DNA of 64,000 nt from Histomonas meleagridis 2922-C6/04-290x (Eukaryota; Protista; Parabasalia), in assembly GCA_020184695.1 (NCBI GenBank), contig JAANOX010000048.1, positions 24,598-88,597 on the forward strand. Reading direction: 5' to 3'. Below are positions 41,082 through 51,485 of this stretch, one piece after another. The translations under genes were made by a program, and so were the position numbers. Position 1 is the stretch's first letter. Each line of letters starts with the position of its first letter. The notes below the pieces were generated by a model that did not search any database, had not been told where the DNA came from, and saw nothing but the letters and a program-made list of their open reading frames with translations.

Positions 41082-42371
41082 ATGTCTTACTTAAGCCCTG
41101 CCAACATGAAGCAACTACTAGATCAACTCGCCACCGAATATGAGTTCTTAGTCAACAATCGTACAAAACTAGAAAATGATTGCACAAAGTTAAAGGATTA
41201 TATCGATTCTCAAATAACACAGATTCAATCACTAAATAATGACTTTGAAAAACTACGCCAAGAATTCCTTAAAAGGGGCGGTACACAACTAATGAAGCAA
41301 GTACAAGACCCTGCACCAACAGAAGCTGAACAACATGCAGAAGAAGAACAAACAACTCAAGATTGGGAACTAATAACACTCGCGGCACCTGAGAACATCT
41401 TGAAGCCCTACATAATTTCCTTAATTGCAGAAATCTTAGATATTTCGGTTATTTGTTCCACATCTTTTAGTCCTAACGGAACTTTTATTGCAATTGGATC
41501 TGATAAGACCATACGTGTATACAACATCGAAAAGGATACTTTTCAGTTCCAAGAAACAATAGAAACAAATGAAACAGATCCATCAATAAGTCATATTCGA
41601 TCAATTTCATGGATTGGTAATGACAAAATCATTGTATGTCATGGTGGTGATAGTCATATCCGTGTATATGATATATATGAAAAAAAATTATGTAATGATT
41701 TCACTACAGGCGAAGGCGGTGTATTTCAGGTACTTGTTTCTAACAACAATAAATACATTTCTGCCATCACTGGTGATGGTTCTCTTGTAATTTTTTCGAT
41801 GGATGATTTTACAGAGATTGCCAGAATGAAGCGTACAGCAGTTGAAAGTGATGAAGAGGTCATAGCAGTATCAATGGCCATATCACTTGACGACAAGATC
41901 ATAGCTGTTGGTTATAGTGATTATCACATTGTCTTATGGGATGTTGAAACACATCAACAACTTTTAGACAACAAATGTCACAGTGATGGCATTCAAGCCA
42001 TTAAGTTCATACCCAATTCTAATCGGTTAGCTACCGCCTCTCTTGATTTCACAATTAAGATTTGGGAAATGAATAAGACAGATGATGGTAAAATCGATTT
42101 CCAAATGTGGAAGTCGATTGACGGACATGAAAACTTTGTGTTAACCCTTGCCGTTGATGCAAAAGGCGAATGGTTACTTAGCGGTTCTAAGGATATGTCG
42201 GCGCGTTTAATCGACTTAAAGACCGGAGAAATGATATATAACATTAAAGGTCATGCGAACTCGATCATATCTGTAGACTTTAATAAGGCCGGAAATTTGT
42301 TTTGTACTGGATCTGGTGATAAATCTGTTAAAATCTGGTCGTTTACACCAGAAGAAACAGGTGAAATTTAA
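41082..42371 (+). CDS. TUP1: Tup1-like transcriptional corepressor (N-terminal coiled coil + WD40)
   Basis: LLDQLATEYEFL Tup_N-like coil; VICSTSFSPNG.FIAIGSDKTIRVY, GHENFVLTLA, LSGSKD, GHANSIISV, FCTGSGDKSVKIWSF. First ATG is 41082. Confidence 0.7.
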   Translation: MSYLSPANMKQLLDQLATEYEFLVNNRTKLENDCTKLKDYIDSQITQIQSLNNDFEKLRQEFLKRGGTQLMKQVQDPAPTEAEQHAEEEQTTQDWELITLAAPENILKPYIISLIAEILDISVICSTSFSPNGTFIAIGSDKTIRVYNIEKDTFQFQETIETNETDPSISHIRSISWIGNDKIIVCHGGDSHIRVYDIYEKKLCNDFTTGEGGVFQVLVSNNNKYISAITGDGSLVIFSMDDFTEIARMKRTAVESDEEVIAVSMAISLDDKIIAVGYSDYHIVLWDVETHQQLLDNKCHSDGIQAIKFIPNSNRLATASLDFTIKIWEMNKTDDGKIDFQMWKSIDGHENFVLTLAVDAKGEWLLSGSKDMSARLIDLKTGEMIYNIKGHANSIISVDFNKAGNLFCTGSGDKSVKIWSFTPEETGEI

Positions 42372-42535
42372 TTTAAATATTTTTTTTATTAAAATTAATA
42401 AACGAATTTAAATGTATTTAAAATACGTTTCAAGTGGCAAAAATTTTTGTGACACGCATTCAAAATTCAATGCAAATAACCTGTTAATTGTGTTGGGATC
42501 AAACTTTTTGACTGATTAATCCTTTCAAATATCCA

Positions 42536-43245
42536 TACGCGATGAAGGCGGAAATGTAAATTGTGACAATCTTGATCAATTATCTGTTGAAAGACCTTTT
42601 CCAGGTCAATTTAATTTATATTTAATATGTTATGTACTTTTTTCAATTTGGTTTTCATTTCTTATTTTTATATTTAACTCATCAACTTGTATATGCAACT
42701 GGTTATAAAGTTGATAAGTTTAATTATCTCACACATTTCTCACCTTCGTTATTAAACACAGCTATGTTCATAATGAAGGCGAAAATTGTGACAATCTTGG
42801 TCAATTATAGAGGTAGTCCTTTCATGTAATCATTCACAGAAAACAAAATGTTATTAATTGGGACAATTTTATCGGCGGTTATAATCGGTGTGCCTTTGAT
42901 AGGTTTACATCCGTAGATCACTAAGTTAGTACCAATTCCTTCAACGTCATTCCAAATTAAGTTCGCATCTTATTGTATATTGGATGCATTACTTTCCTTC
43001 TTGTCAGATGCTTTGTGCCTTTGAATTTTCTCGAGAAGAAATAAAAAGGTTTGGTGAAAGATGAAGCTTTGAGTGATTACGTTTCAAATGATGACAATAT
43101 TTTACCAGAAGAATATCACGAATTCGGTCTCATGGAAATGTTAAAGGAAAATATGCAAATGCAAAAGACAATTGCTGATAAAAACAGAGAAAATACTAAA
43201 AAAGAATTAAGAAAGGCTGAATTGACAAGAAAAACAGCTGAATAA
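42536..43245 (+). pseudogene. Probable decayed gene remnant
   Basis: One frame from 42841 to 43245 has 135 codons with only three internal TAA. A 26-bp internal duplication lies at 42558-42583 and 42783-42808. No usable ATG at the start. Confidence 0.35.
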
Positions 43246-43663
43246 GCTATGGGAGATGGAAAATAAATTAAAAATTAAATAAAACTCTTTTTGTTGCAAT
43301 AATTTTTAAATTTAATAATTTATATGAATTTGATATCGTTAAAAAATGTACGTTAAAAAAATTCGGTTAAGTAAGATAAAGGAATTGATGAATTGATGTT
43401 AATTTGTCTTTTATGTGAGTGTGAAAGCCAAATGCTTCTGCTTAACATCCCAGTGATTTATAAATATATAAATGCAAAGAGAAGCTTTACTTTCGAATCA
43501 AATATCTCAACACGACTCAAGCAATGCTTACCTTAAACCTTTGTTCATACTGTTAACTCATGAGCAGCAAACATTGATATATGGAGACAACGATGAAATC
43601 TCATTATCATTCTTAAAATTCTTAAAATCAAACATTACAACATATAAAAAAAGTTTATTTTTA

Positions 43664-45502
43664 TTAATAATCAGTATTACGTGAATAAGATGAACCATAA
43701 CTTCTGCCACTTCCACCAGATTCATATCCGCGGTTACCATAACCATGTGAGCCGCCTCCGAAGCTACCTCCGTAACTTCTTCCATTGTTATCTCTTCTGC
43801 CGAAGTTACCTCCATAACCTCTATTGCCTCCGCCAAATCGATTGCCATATCCGCCTTGTCTTGATGAACCTCTTGGCGTCATAGCGGCCAGTGACTGCAG
43901 CCACTCTGGAATTTGCTGTTTCGCTTGTGTGAGAACTTTAAGTAACTTTCTGCTCATGTTCTTATTTTCATCCGTGAAATATGTTATAGCTATTCCTTCC
44001 TTGTTACCTCTTGCTGTTCGACCAATTCGATGTATGTAACTTTCGATATCGCCTGGAAAGTCAAAGTTCATAACAATGTCTATGTCGTTAACATCTAAAC
44101 CTCTTGCTGCTACATCAGTGGCAACTAAAATCCCCGACTTTTCATGTTTGAACTTGTTCAACACATAATCACGCGCTGTTTGTGGCTTGTCGCCATGAAT
44201 AGATAACGCATTCATTCCTTTGGAGTTTAAATTGTCTGCTAAATCATCTGCCGATTTTTTCGTTTTCGTAAATATTAATATCTTTTTGTCGTATTTGTCT
44301 TGTAAATATTGGGTCGCCTTGCTCAACTTTTCATATTCTTCTACTTTTTCAATGGTCTGGTGAATGGCAGAGTTTGTGGACAACTCGTTTGAGCCGATGA
44401 TCATATGAACGGGATCAACCAAATAATCGTTTGCAAGGTTTCGGATTTCTTTGGGCCATGTGGCTGAAAACATCATAGTTTGGCGATCGTTTCCGATCTT
44501 GTCAATAATTTGTCGGATTTGTGGCTCAAATCCCATATCAAGCATTCGGTCTGCTTCATCAAGAACTAAAAAGTTAACACGTGACAAACTAATGACACTT
44601 TGTTCCATAAAATCGATCAGACGCCCAGGTGTGGCTACAACTAATGCTGGATATCGTCGAAGCTCAGTTAGTTGAGGACCACGTCCTGCGCCTCCAAATA
44701 TGCAACATTGCCTGCATCCAATTGCAGGTGCAAAAATTTGCGCAACTTCGGAGGTTTGCTGTGCTAATTCACGCGTTGGGGATAAAACTAAGACAATTGG
44801 CCCATCGCCGCGTTGCATTGGGGGTTGTTGTTGAATATGAATCATTGCTGGCAAAACGAAAGCACCCGTCTTACCAGAGCCTGTCTTAGCTATACCAATA
44901 AGATCTCGACCTTTTAATGCAACTGGAATGGATATAGCTTGAATTGGTGTGGGTGCAGTCCAACCATTATTATGAATTTGGCGCATGATTTGTTCGGGTA
45001 AATTCATCTCTTCAAATGTAAGGGCAGGTGGAGGGACATCATGACCAACAGCCAATTTAATGGAGTTGACGGCAAAGAACTCCCTTTGTTGCTCAGGAGT
45101 TGTTGATGGAATAATGTCAATGTTTAACTTAACACCTTCAACAGGTTCTGTACGTGGTGGAGGTGATGGAGAATGAAAACGGCCTCCTCCACGTCTGTCA
45201 TCATTCCGTCTTCTATTGTCTCTCCTTCTGTCATCATCCCTTCTATCATAATCATCCCTTCTTCCATAACTGTCTCTTCTATCATAATCGTCCCTTCTTC
45301 CATAACTATCTCTTCTTCCATAGCTATCTCTCCTGTCATCGTCTCTTCTTCCGTAACTGTCTCTTCTATCATAATCATCTCGTCTTTCTATTGAAAATGA
45401 GCGAGAGTGTGGAACGGAGCTATAATCATCGTCGCGTGAACGACGTTGATAATCATCAGAATCAGAAGAATCATAACGATTCCTGCGAGAAGACATAGGC
45501 AA
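43664..45502 (-). CDS. DBP2: DEAD-box RNA helicase DDX5/Dbp2 (p68)
   Basis: GWTAPTPIQ, AKTGSGKT, PTRELAQQ, ATPGRL, LDEADRMLDMGFEPQIR, SATWPKE, HRIGRTAR; RD-repeat N-terminus and RGG-rich C-terminus. Confidence 0.93.
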   Translation of the reverse strand: MPMSSRRNRYDSSDSDDYQRRSRDDDYSSVPHSRSFSIERRDDYDRRDSYGRRDDDRRDSYGRRDSYGRRDDYDRRDSYGRRDDYDRRDDDRRRDNRRRNDDRRGGGRFHSPSPPPRTEPVEGVKLNIDIIPSTTPEQQREFFAVNSIKLAVGHDVPPPALTFEEMNLPEQIMRQIHNNGWTAPTPIQAISIPVALKGRDLIGIAKTGSGKTGAFVLPAMIHIQQQPPMQRGDGPIVLVLSPTRELAQQTSEVAQIFAPAIGCRQCCIFGGAGRGPQLTELRRYPALVVATPGRLIDFMEQSVISLSRVNFLVLDEADRMLDMGFEPQIRQIIDKIGNDRQTMMFSATWPKEIRNLANDYLVDPVHMIIGSNELSTNSAIHQTIEKVEEYEKLSKATQYLQDKYDKKILIFTKTKKSADDLADNLNSKGMNALSIHGDKPQTARDYVLNKFKHEKSGILVATDVAARGLDVNDIDIVMNFDFPGDIESYIHRIGRTARGNKEGIAITYFTDENKNMSRKLLKVLTQAKQQIPEWLQSLAAMTPRGSSRQGGYGNRFGGGNRGYGGNFGRRDNNGRSYGGSFGGGSHGYGNRGYESGGSGRSYGSSYSRNTDY

Positions 45503-45691
45503 TTGTTTTTGGTCGACCTTAGATATATCAAAAAGTGGCGGAGATTGAGTGGAAAAAGATGGCTTTTTTCACAAATGAGGCCGTTTACTCTTGACCAAAA
45601 TCAAGAGATGAGGGCAAACGGCTGTTTTTGGCGCCAATAAATTGTCGTTTTACTCCATAAATTTTTTTCTACTTGAAACAAGCTCTTTTAA

Positions 45692-46634
45692 CTTAATCAT
45701 TACTTATCATGTTCATCGTATACCGATATTACAATTCCAAATTCAGTTAGAACAATTGGCAGTTATGCATTTTTGTCATGTTTTAATTTAAAGATATTAA
45801 CGCTCGGGTCAGGAATACAACGTATTGGTAATTGTCATAAACTTGAATGTATTCATTATTATGCAAATGTCGAATTAAATATTGATGAAAATGGTTTTTA
45901 TAATGTTTCAGTCAAAGTTATCACATATTCGACATATGAACCGGATACATTTGGGATTTTAAGTGTCTATAAGGAAAATAAAGAAGAAATTTGCAACGCG
46001 ATGCCAACGCTTACATTCACACAATCAAATACATTCAGTCAATCAAATACTTATACACAATCAAATACTTATGCACAATCAGATACATTCACTAAATCAA
46101 ATTCATTTGATAATTCAAATATATTTGCTGAAATATTAAAAAGTGATATAACGAAATCATTTTCATATACATTAGCACATACATTAATGATTACGCATTC
46201 ATTAACTATTTATGAAATTCAAACGAAAACAATATCAATTTTTCACAATAATTCACAGTGTATTTATCTTGAAACGGAACTTATTTACTATACTTATACG
46301 ATTATTATTATTTATTCGACTTATTACAACTATTATTCAAATTTCCTTACAATGTTTTATACAAATGAATTGCAACGCAAAGATAACAAAACAACAATTA
46401 TTGTTTCTGTTTGTGTTGTTGCTGTAATTTTAATTATATTATCATTACTGATTGTGGTGTTGATTCGCATTCGAAATAAAAAAGAAGAAATTAATGAAAA
46501 TGAAAGTTCAGAACAAAATGAAAAAGAAAACACAAACACATTTACAACTGGAATTTCTATTTCGAATGTAGATGAAGATCCGTCAAACGTTTGCTGATGA
46601 TTTCAAAGAGGAAAAATTTATTGAACAAATATAA
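45692..46634 (+). pseudogene. 5'-truncated BspA-like (TpLRR) surface-protein gene with a frameshifted cytoplasmic tail
   Basis: The frame upstream of the track ORF reads DITIPNSVRTIGSYAFLSCFNLKILTLGSGIQRIG (BspA LRR), then TFTQSNTFSQSNTYTQSN repeats and a TM segment (IIVSVCVVAVILIILSLLIVVLI). No ATG or signal peptide before the stop at 45689; 7-nt insertion at 46583-46589. Confidence 0.75.
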
Positions 46635-47165
46635 TTTGTTTAATTAATATTAAATAAAAATACTACTTTTGCATATTATTTGCTTATATATATTTCATTT
46701 TCCTTTGTGGATGTCTCTGGAATTTTAATGATTTTATTTTTTTATGTTTTTAACATAAACGAAAAGCTCAAGTTACGTAACTATAAAATTAACATTTTAT
46801 ATATTGAATCTCCAAATAAACTTTTTTCCATACAGTTTAAAACAGTGAAAAACAATGTGTAACACGCAAATATCAAACAGTGCTTATCTCATTCATGAAG
46901 TACTTTCAAATAAGTTCCCTCAGTAATAAAACTTTTTAAATTTATGTGAACAAATTACTGCTGTATTGAGTTAATTATCAAACACGTTTTGTTACATTTT
47001 CTGAAAATGAGCACATTTTTCAGTAGATCGATTAATGTAATGTTTTGAATAAAAACATCTTTTCTTTTCTCCAATTGAAAACAACTTTTCAAATTCACAG
47101 CATTTGTGAGACTTAAAACCCCAAAAACAAAATAACACAAAAACAAATTTTTATTACAAACTATC

Positions 47166-50100
47166 CTAGTCAAACACTGCCGAATGTTTTGTTTTTGGGG
47201 TCAGCGCTTCGAAATTCGATGGTTCCATTCTTGGCCTGAAATTGAATTTTGTAATTTTGCTGAAGTCGTTCAGCGTGTGCGCCTCGTCATTCCTCGCCAA
47301 ATCGAATTTCAAGTGTTTGTCCTTATTCTTCAGTATTCCGGTTAATCTTTTTGGCATATTTTTCTTTTTTTCTTTTGTAATTTCTATTTTGTTATTTGAA
47401 TTATTAATAATTTCTTCGAAAGTTTCGAACTTTTTATCTATTTCTATTTGTAATGAATTAAATAATTTTTCGTATTCGTACGAAAACTTTTGTATCTTCT
47501 GCATAATAATTACTGAGTTCGATGAAATGTTTTGTTGATTTGTAAAACGTAAAATTGTCGAAAATATTTCGTTTTCATTTTTACATGATAACATTCGTAA
47601 TAATATATCAATGAATCGTTGATGTTCATTACGAATTTCTTCATATTTATTTCGAATTATTTTATTCTCTTCGATCGAATTCGATAATTTTCGTATTAAA
47701 TTCGAATTTTGATGAATTTCTTTTTCATTTTTTATTTCGAGTTCTTTTTTGTTATTATTTTCTTCATTTAATTTGTTTGTAAGTAATTCATTTTCTTTCA
47801 TTAAACGATTTTCATTATTTTTCATTAGAATTATTTCATTATTTAATTGTTCGATTTTATTTTTAAGTTCAATGTTATGTTCATTATTAATATTTATTGT
47901 ATCTTTTGCGATTTTTAATGACTTTTCACTTTCGATTTTATAATTATTAAAATCATTTTCGAGTAATTTATATTTTTCGTTATCATTTTCTATTTCTTTG
48001 TTATTATTATTATTATTGTTAAATGGTTTAATTGGCGATGATGAAATTGATGTTTTCATTAAATTGTTTTGCTGTTGTTGCTGTTGCTTCGATATCTCTA
48101 AGAATTGTATCGAATATTCATTGATTTTGTTTTGTTGTATTTCAATAAGTTCTTTATAAGTGTTTAACATTAACTTCGCATTTTGATATTCATCTTCAGC
48201 ATTTTGTTTTTGTAATTTATAGATTTCAATTGTCGAGTTTTCTTCCATTAATTTAATGTTACGTTTTTCCATTTCATCAATTTGTAATAGTAATTCCTTA
48301 CGTTCATTTTCATATTCATAGTTTATTTGCGATTTATATTTTTCGATTTCTTCTTTTAATTCATTGTTTTCTGTTTCTTTTTCATTATATTTTTGTAAAT
48401 ATTCATCAATTTCACTTTGTAATATATCATTTTTATTTGTTAATTCATTGTTTTGGTTCTTTAATGTTTCATTTATATTCTTTTCATCTTCAAATGATTT
48501 TATTGTATTTGTTAATTCTTTTTGTATATCTTCAAATGTATTTAATTTGGAATTAAGTTCTTTTATAATATTTTCTTGATAACTATATGAAGACTCATAA
48601 TTTAATTCAAGTGTATTATATTTAGTTTGCAATTGTTCATTAATTGTTTTTAAGTTATTAATTTCTTTTTCTTTCATTTCTATTTCAGTATTTGTTTGAC
48701 TTTCTTCAATTTGTAATTGTAATGATTGAATATTTGATAATAATTCTTCATTTGTTTGCTTTTGTTTGTTGATTTGTATATCTAATGAATCAATGATTTG
48801 ATCTTTTTCATCAATTTGTTGATTAAGTAATGAAATTTGTTCATTATAATTCATTTGATTTATTTCATTAATTTGTTTTTGTAATTTATTAATTTCTTCT
48901 TCTTTTTCTTTGATGTTTATTAATAAATTAGAATTTTCTTTACTTTGTTTTATATCTTTTTGTGAATATTCGTCAAATGTTTCTTTAATTTTCATATAAT
49001 TATCTTGTAGTTCTTTAAGTTTATTATTTAGTTCTTCATTAATTTGTTTATGTTCATTAATTTGTGCATCTAATGAATCAATGATTTGATCCTTTTCATC
49101 TATTTTATCATTTAAAGTTTCAATTTGATCATTATAATTTATTTGATTTAATTCATTAATTTGATCTTTTTCTTCAAGTTGTTCTTTAAGTAATTTAATT
49201 TGTTCATTATAATTCATTTGACTTATTTCATTAATTTGTTTTTGTAATTTATTAATTTGTTCGTCTTTTTCTTTGATGTTTATTAATAAATTCGAATTTT
49301 CGTTTTGTGAATATTGTAAATTTTGAAGTTTGTTATTAAGCTCTTCATTAGTTTTCATTTGTATATTAATTTGTTGGTTCAGTTTATTAATAATTTGATC
49401 TTTTCCTTTAAGTTGTTGTGTATAATTTTGCGAATTAACTTCATTTTCTTTTATTTGATTTATATCTTTTTGTTTATAATCTTCAAGTATATTATTTACA
49501 TTCATAAAATCACTTTGAAGTTTCTCATATTTAATACTAAGTTCTTCATTATTAATTGTAAGTTCATTAATTTGGATATCTAATGAATCAATAATTGCAT
49601 CCTTTTCATCAAGTTGTTGATTAAGTGCTTTAATTTGTTCATTATTATCAGAATTAATTTGTTGTCTTAAATTATTAATTTGTTGTTGTAACGCAATGAT
49701 TTCATTGTTTTGTTTTATATCATTTTGTTTATATTGTTCAATTGTTTCATTAACATTCGAATAATTATTTAAATAACTTTGAAGTTGCTTATTAGTTTGA
49801 ATTTGTTCATTAATTTGTTGATTTAAATTATTAATTTGCGTTTCAAGTGAATTAATGATTTGTGACTTTTCTTCAATTTGTTTATTATAATTTTGTGAAT
49901 TAGTTTCTCTTAAATTATTAATTTGTTGTTGCAATTCAATGATTTCATTGTTTTGTTTAATGTTATTTTGTTTATACTGTTCAATTGTTTCATTAACATT
50001 TTGAAGTTCTTTATTTTTATTATTAATATAACTAATTTGTTGATTTAAATTATAAATTTGAGTTTCAAGTGAATTTATAATTTTTGATTTTTCTTCAATT

Positions 50101-51392
50101 TGTTCATTACTTTTATTCATGATATAACTAATTTGTTGATTTAAATTATTAATTTGTGTTTCAAGTGAATTTATAATTTCTGATTTTTCTTCAATTTGTT
50201 CATTACTTTTATTAGTAATATAACTAATTTGTTGATTTAATTCATTGTTTTTTGTTTCAAGTGAATTGATAATTTTCATTTTTTCTTCGATTTGTTCATT
50301 AACATCATTTTCCGAATTAATTTGTTGTTTTAATATATTAATTTCTTCTTCTTTTTGATTTAATATATTTTTCAAATTTTCTTTTTCTTCGAAACTTTTT
50401 TGTAAGTTTTCAATTTCATGATTTAATTCTTCGATTTGAAGTTCTTTTATATTTAATATGCTTTGAACTTCATCATTTCCATTTGCTTCTTTTATTTTTT
50501 CGATTTCTTCAAGACGTGTAATAAGTTCTTCATTCATATCAATTAAAGTTTTAACATCTTTGTTTTCATCTAAAAGATTTTCGTTTTCTTTTTCAAGAGA
50601 ATTAATTTTGTTTTGTAAATTATTAATTTCTTTTGATGATGTTTCAATTGTTGACTTAAGATTTGTGATTTCAAAGTCTTTTGTTGTGATTATCGATTGA
50701 AATGATTCTTTATCATGTTCCATTAATTTGATCTTTTCTTCAATTTGTGATATATTATGTTGATATTCAATTCGTTCATTTTCATATCGTTCAATCGTAG
50801 CCCGTTGTTCATCAATAACATGTTTAAGATATTGTAATTCATTGTCATTCGATGTATTTGATATATTTTCACGTAGTTTATGTATTTCTTCTTCTTGTTT
50901 GGAATTGATTTCAACTTGATGTGAAAATTCTTCTTGTAATTTTTGATGTTCTTGTCTTAAAGCTAAAAGTTCATTTTGAGTTGCTTCATTATTTTGATTT
51001 GATTTTTGAGTTTGAAAATATGAAAATAAATTTGTTAGTTTAAATTCAGCTTGATCTATACGACTAACAAAATTATTAACTGTTTGAAGGTGTACTTCAA
51101 AAAACTTTATAAAAACATCATCAAATTGTTGAACCCAATGAGATGCACGTTCAAGTGTGGCATCAACAAGTTTTACATTAAGATTATTAGCAAACTCTAA
51201 AGTGGATTCATATTCTTTTATTTCATTTTCATGATTTTGTCGTATGATTTCAAGATCTTCCATTAATTGTTTTTGAGATGTTAAAGAAGATGATGTAATT
51301 GCAGCATATTTCATGATATCAGGATTTTGTTGTTTGGATTTGCTTGCATGAGTTGGGATACCTGTTTTCTTTTTTTGAAATCCAAAACTCAT
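47166..51392 (-). CDS. Large coiled-coil protein (1408 aa) with internal tandem repeats
   Basis: E/K/Q/N-rich heptads; three tandem 96-bp (32-aa) units anchored at 50091, 50187 and 50283. Confidence 0.8.
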   Translation of the reverse strand: MSFGFQKKKTGIPTHASKSKQQNPDIMKYAAITSSSLTSQKQLMEDLEIIRQNHENEIKEYESTLEFANNLNVKLVDATLERASHWVQQFDDVFIKFFEVHLQTVNNFVSRIDQAEFKLTNLFSYFQTQKSNQNNEATQNELLALRQEHQKLQEEFSHQVEINSKQEEEIHKLRENISNTSNDNELQYLKHVIDEQRATIERYENERIEYQHNISQIEEKIKLMEHDKESFQSIITTKDFEITNLKSTIETSSKEINNLQNKINSLEKENENLLDENKDVKTLIDMNEELITRLEEIEKIKEANGNDEVQSILNIKELQIEELNHEIENLQKSFEEKENLKNILNQKEEEINILKQQINSENDVNEQIEEKMKIINSLETKNNELNQQISYITNKSNEQIEEKSEIINSLETQINNLNQQISYIMNKSNEQIEEKSKIINSLETQIYNLNQQISYINNKNKELQNVNETIEQYKQNNIKQNNEIIELQQQINNLRETNSQNYNKQIEEKSQIINSLETQINNLNQQINEQIQTNKQLQSYLNNYSNVNETIEQYKQNDIKQNNEIIALQQQINNLRQQINSDNNEQIKALNQQLDEKDAIIDSLDIQINELTINNEELSIKYEKLQSDFMNVNNILEDYKQKDINQIKENEVNSQNYTQQLKGKDQIINKLNQQINIQMKTNEELNNKLQNLQYSQNENSNLLINIKEKDEQINKLQKQINEISQMNYNEQIKLLKEQLEEKDQINELNQINYNDQIETLNDKIDEKDQIIDSLDAQINEHKQINEELNNKLKELQDNYMKIKETFDEYSQKDIKQSKENSNLLINIKEKEEEINKLQKQINEINQMNYNEQISLLNQQIDEKDQIIDSLDIQINKQKQTNEELLSNIQSLQLQIEESQTNTEIEMKEKEINNLKTINEQLQTKYNTLELNYESSYSYQENIIKELNSKLNTFEDIQKELTNTIKSFEDEKNINETLKNQNNELTNKNDILQSEIDEYLQKYNEKETENNELKEEIEKYKSQINYEYENERKELLLQIDEMEKRNIKLMEENSTIEIYKLQKQNAEDEYQNAKLMLNTYKELIEIQQNKINEYSIQFLEISKQQQQQQNNLMKTSISSSPIKPFNNNNNNNKEIENDNEKYKLLENDFNNYKIESEKSLKIAKDTININNEHNIELKNKIEQLNNEIILMKNNENRLMKENELLTNKLNEENNNKKELEIKNEKEIHQNSNLIRKLSNSIEENKIIRNKYEEIRNEHQRFIDILLRMLSCKNENEIFSTILRFTNQQNISSNSVIIMQKIQKFSYEYEKLFNSLQIEIDKKFETFEEIINNSNNKIEITKEKKKNMPKRLTGILKNKDKHLKFDLARNDEAHTLNDFSKITKFNFRPRMEPSNFEALTPKTKHSAVFD

Positions 51393-51485
51393 GAAAATAT
51401 GATGGAGGTAAAGTAAACGGTATCATTGACCGTTTATACCGATCGTTCCGAACAGAAAATATTCCTAAACGGAAATCTTCAAGGA

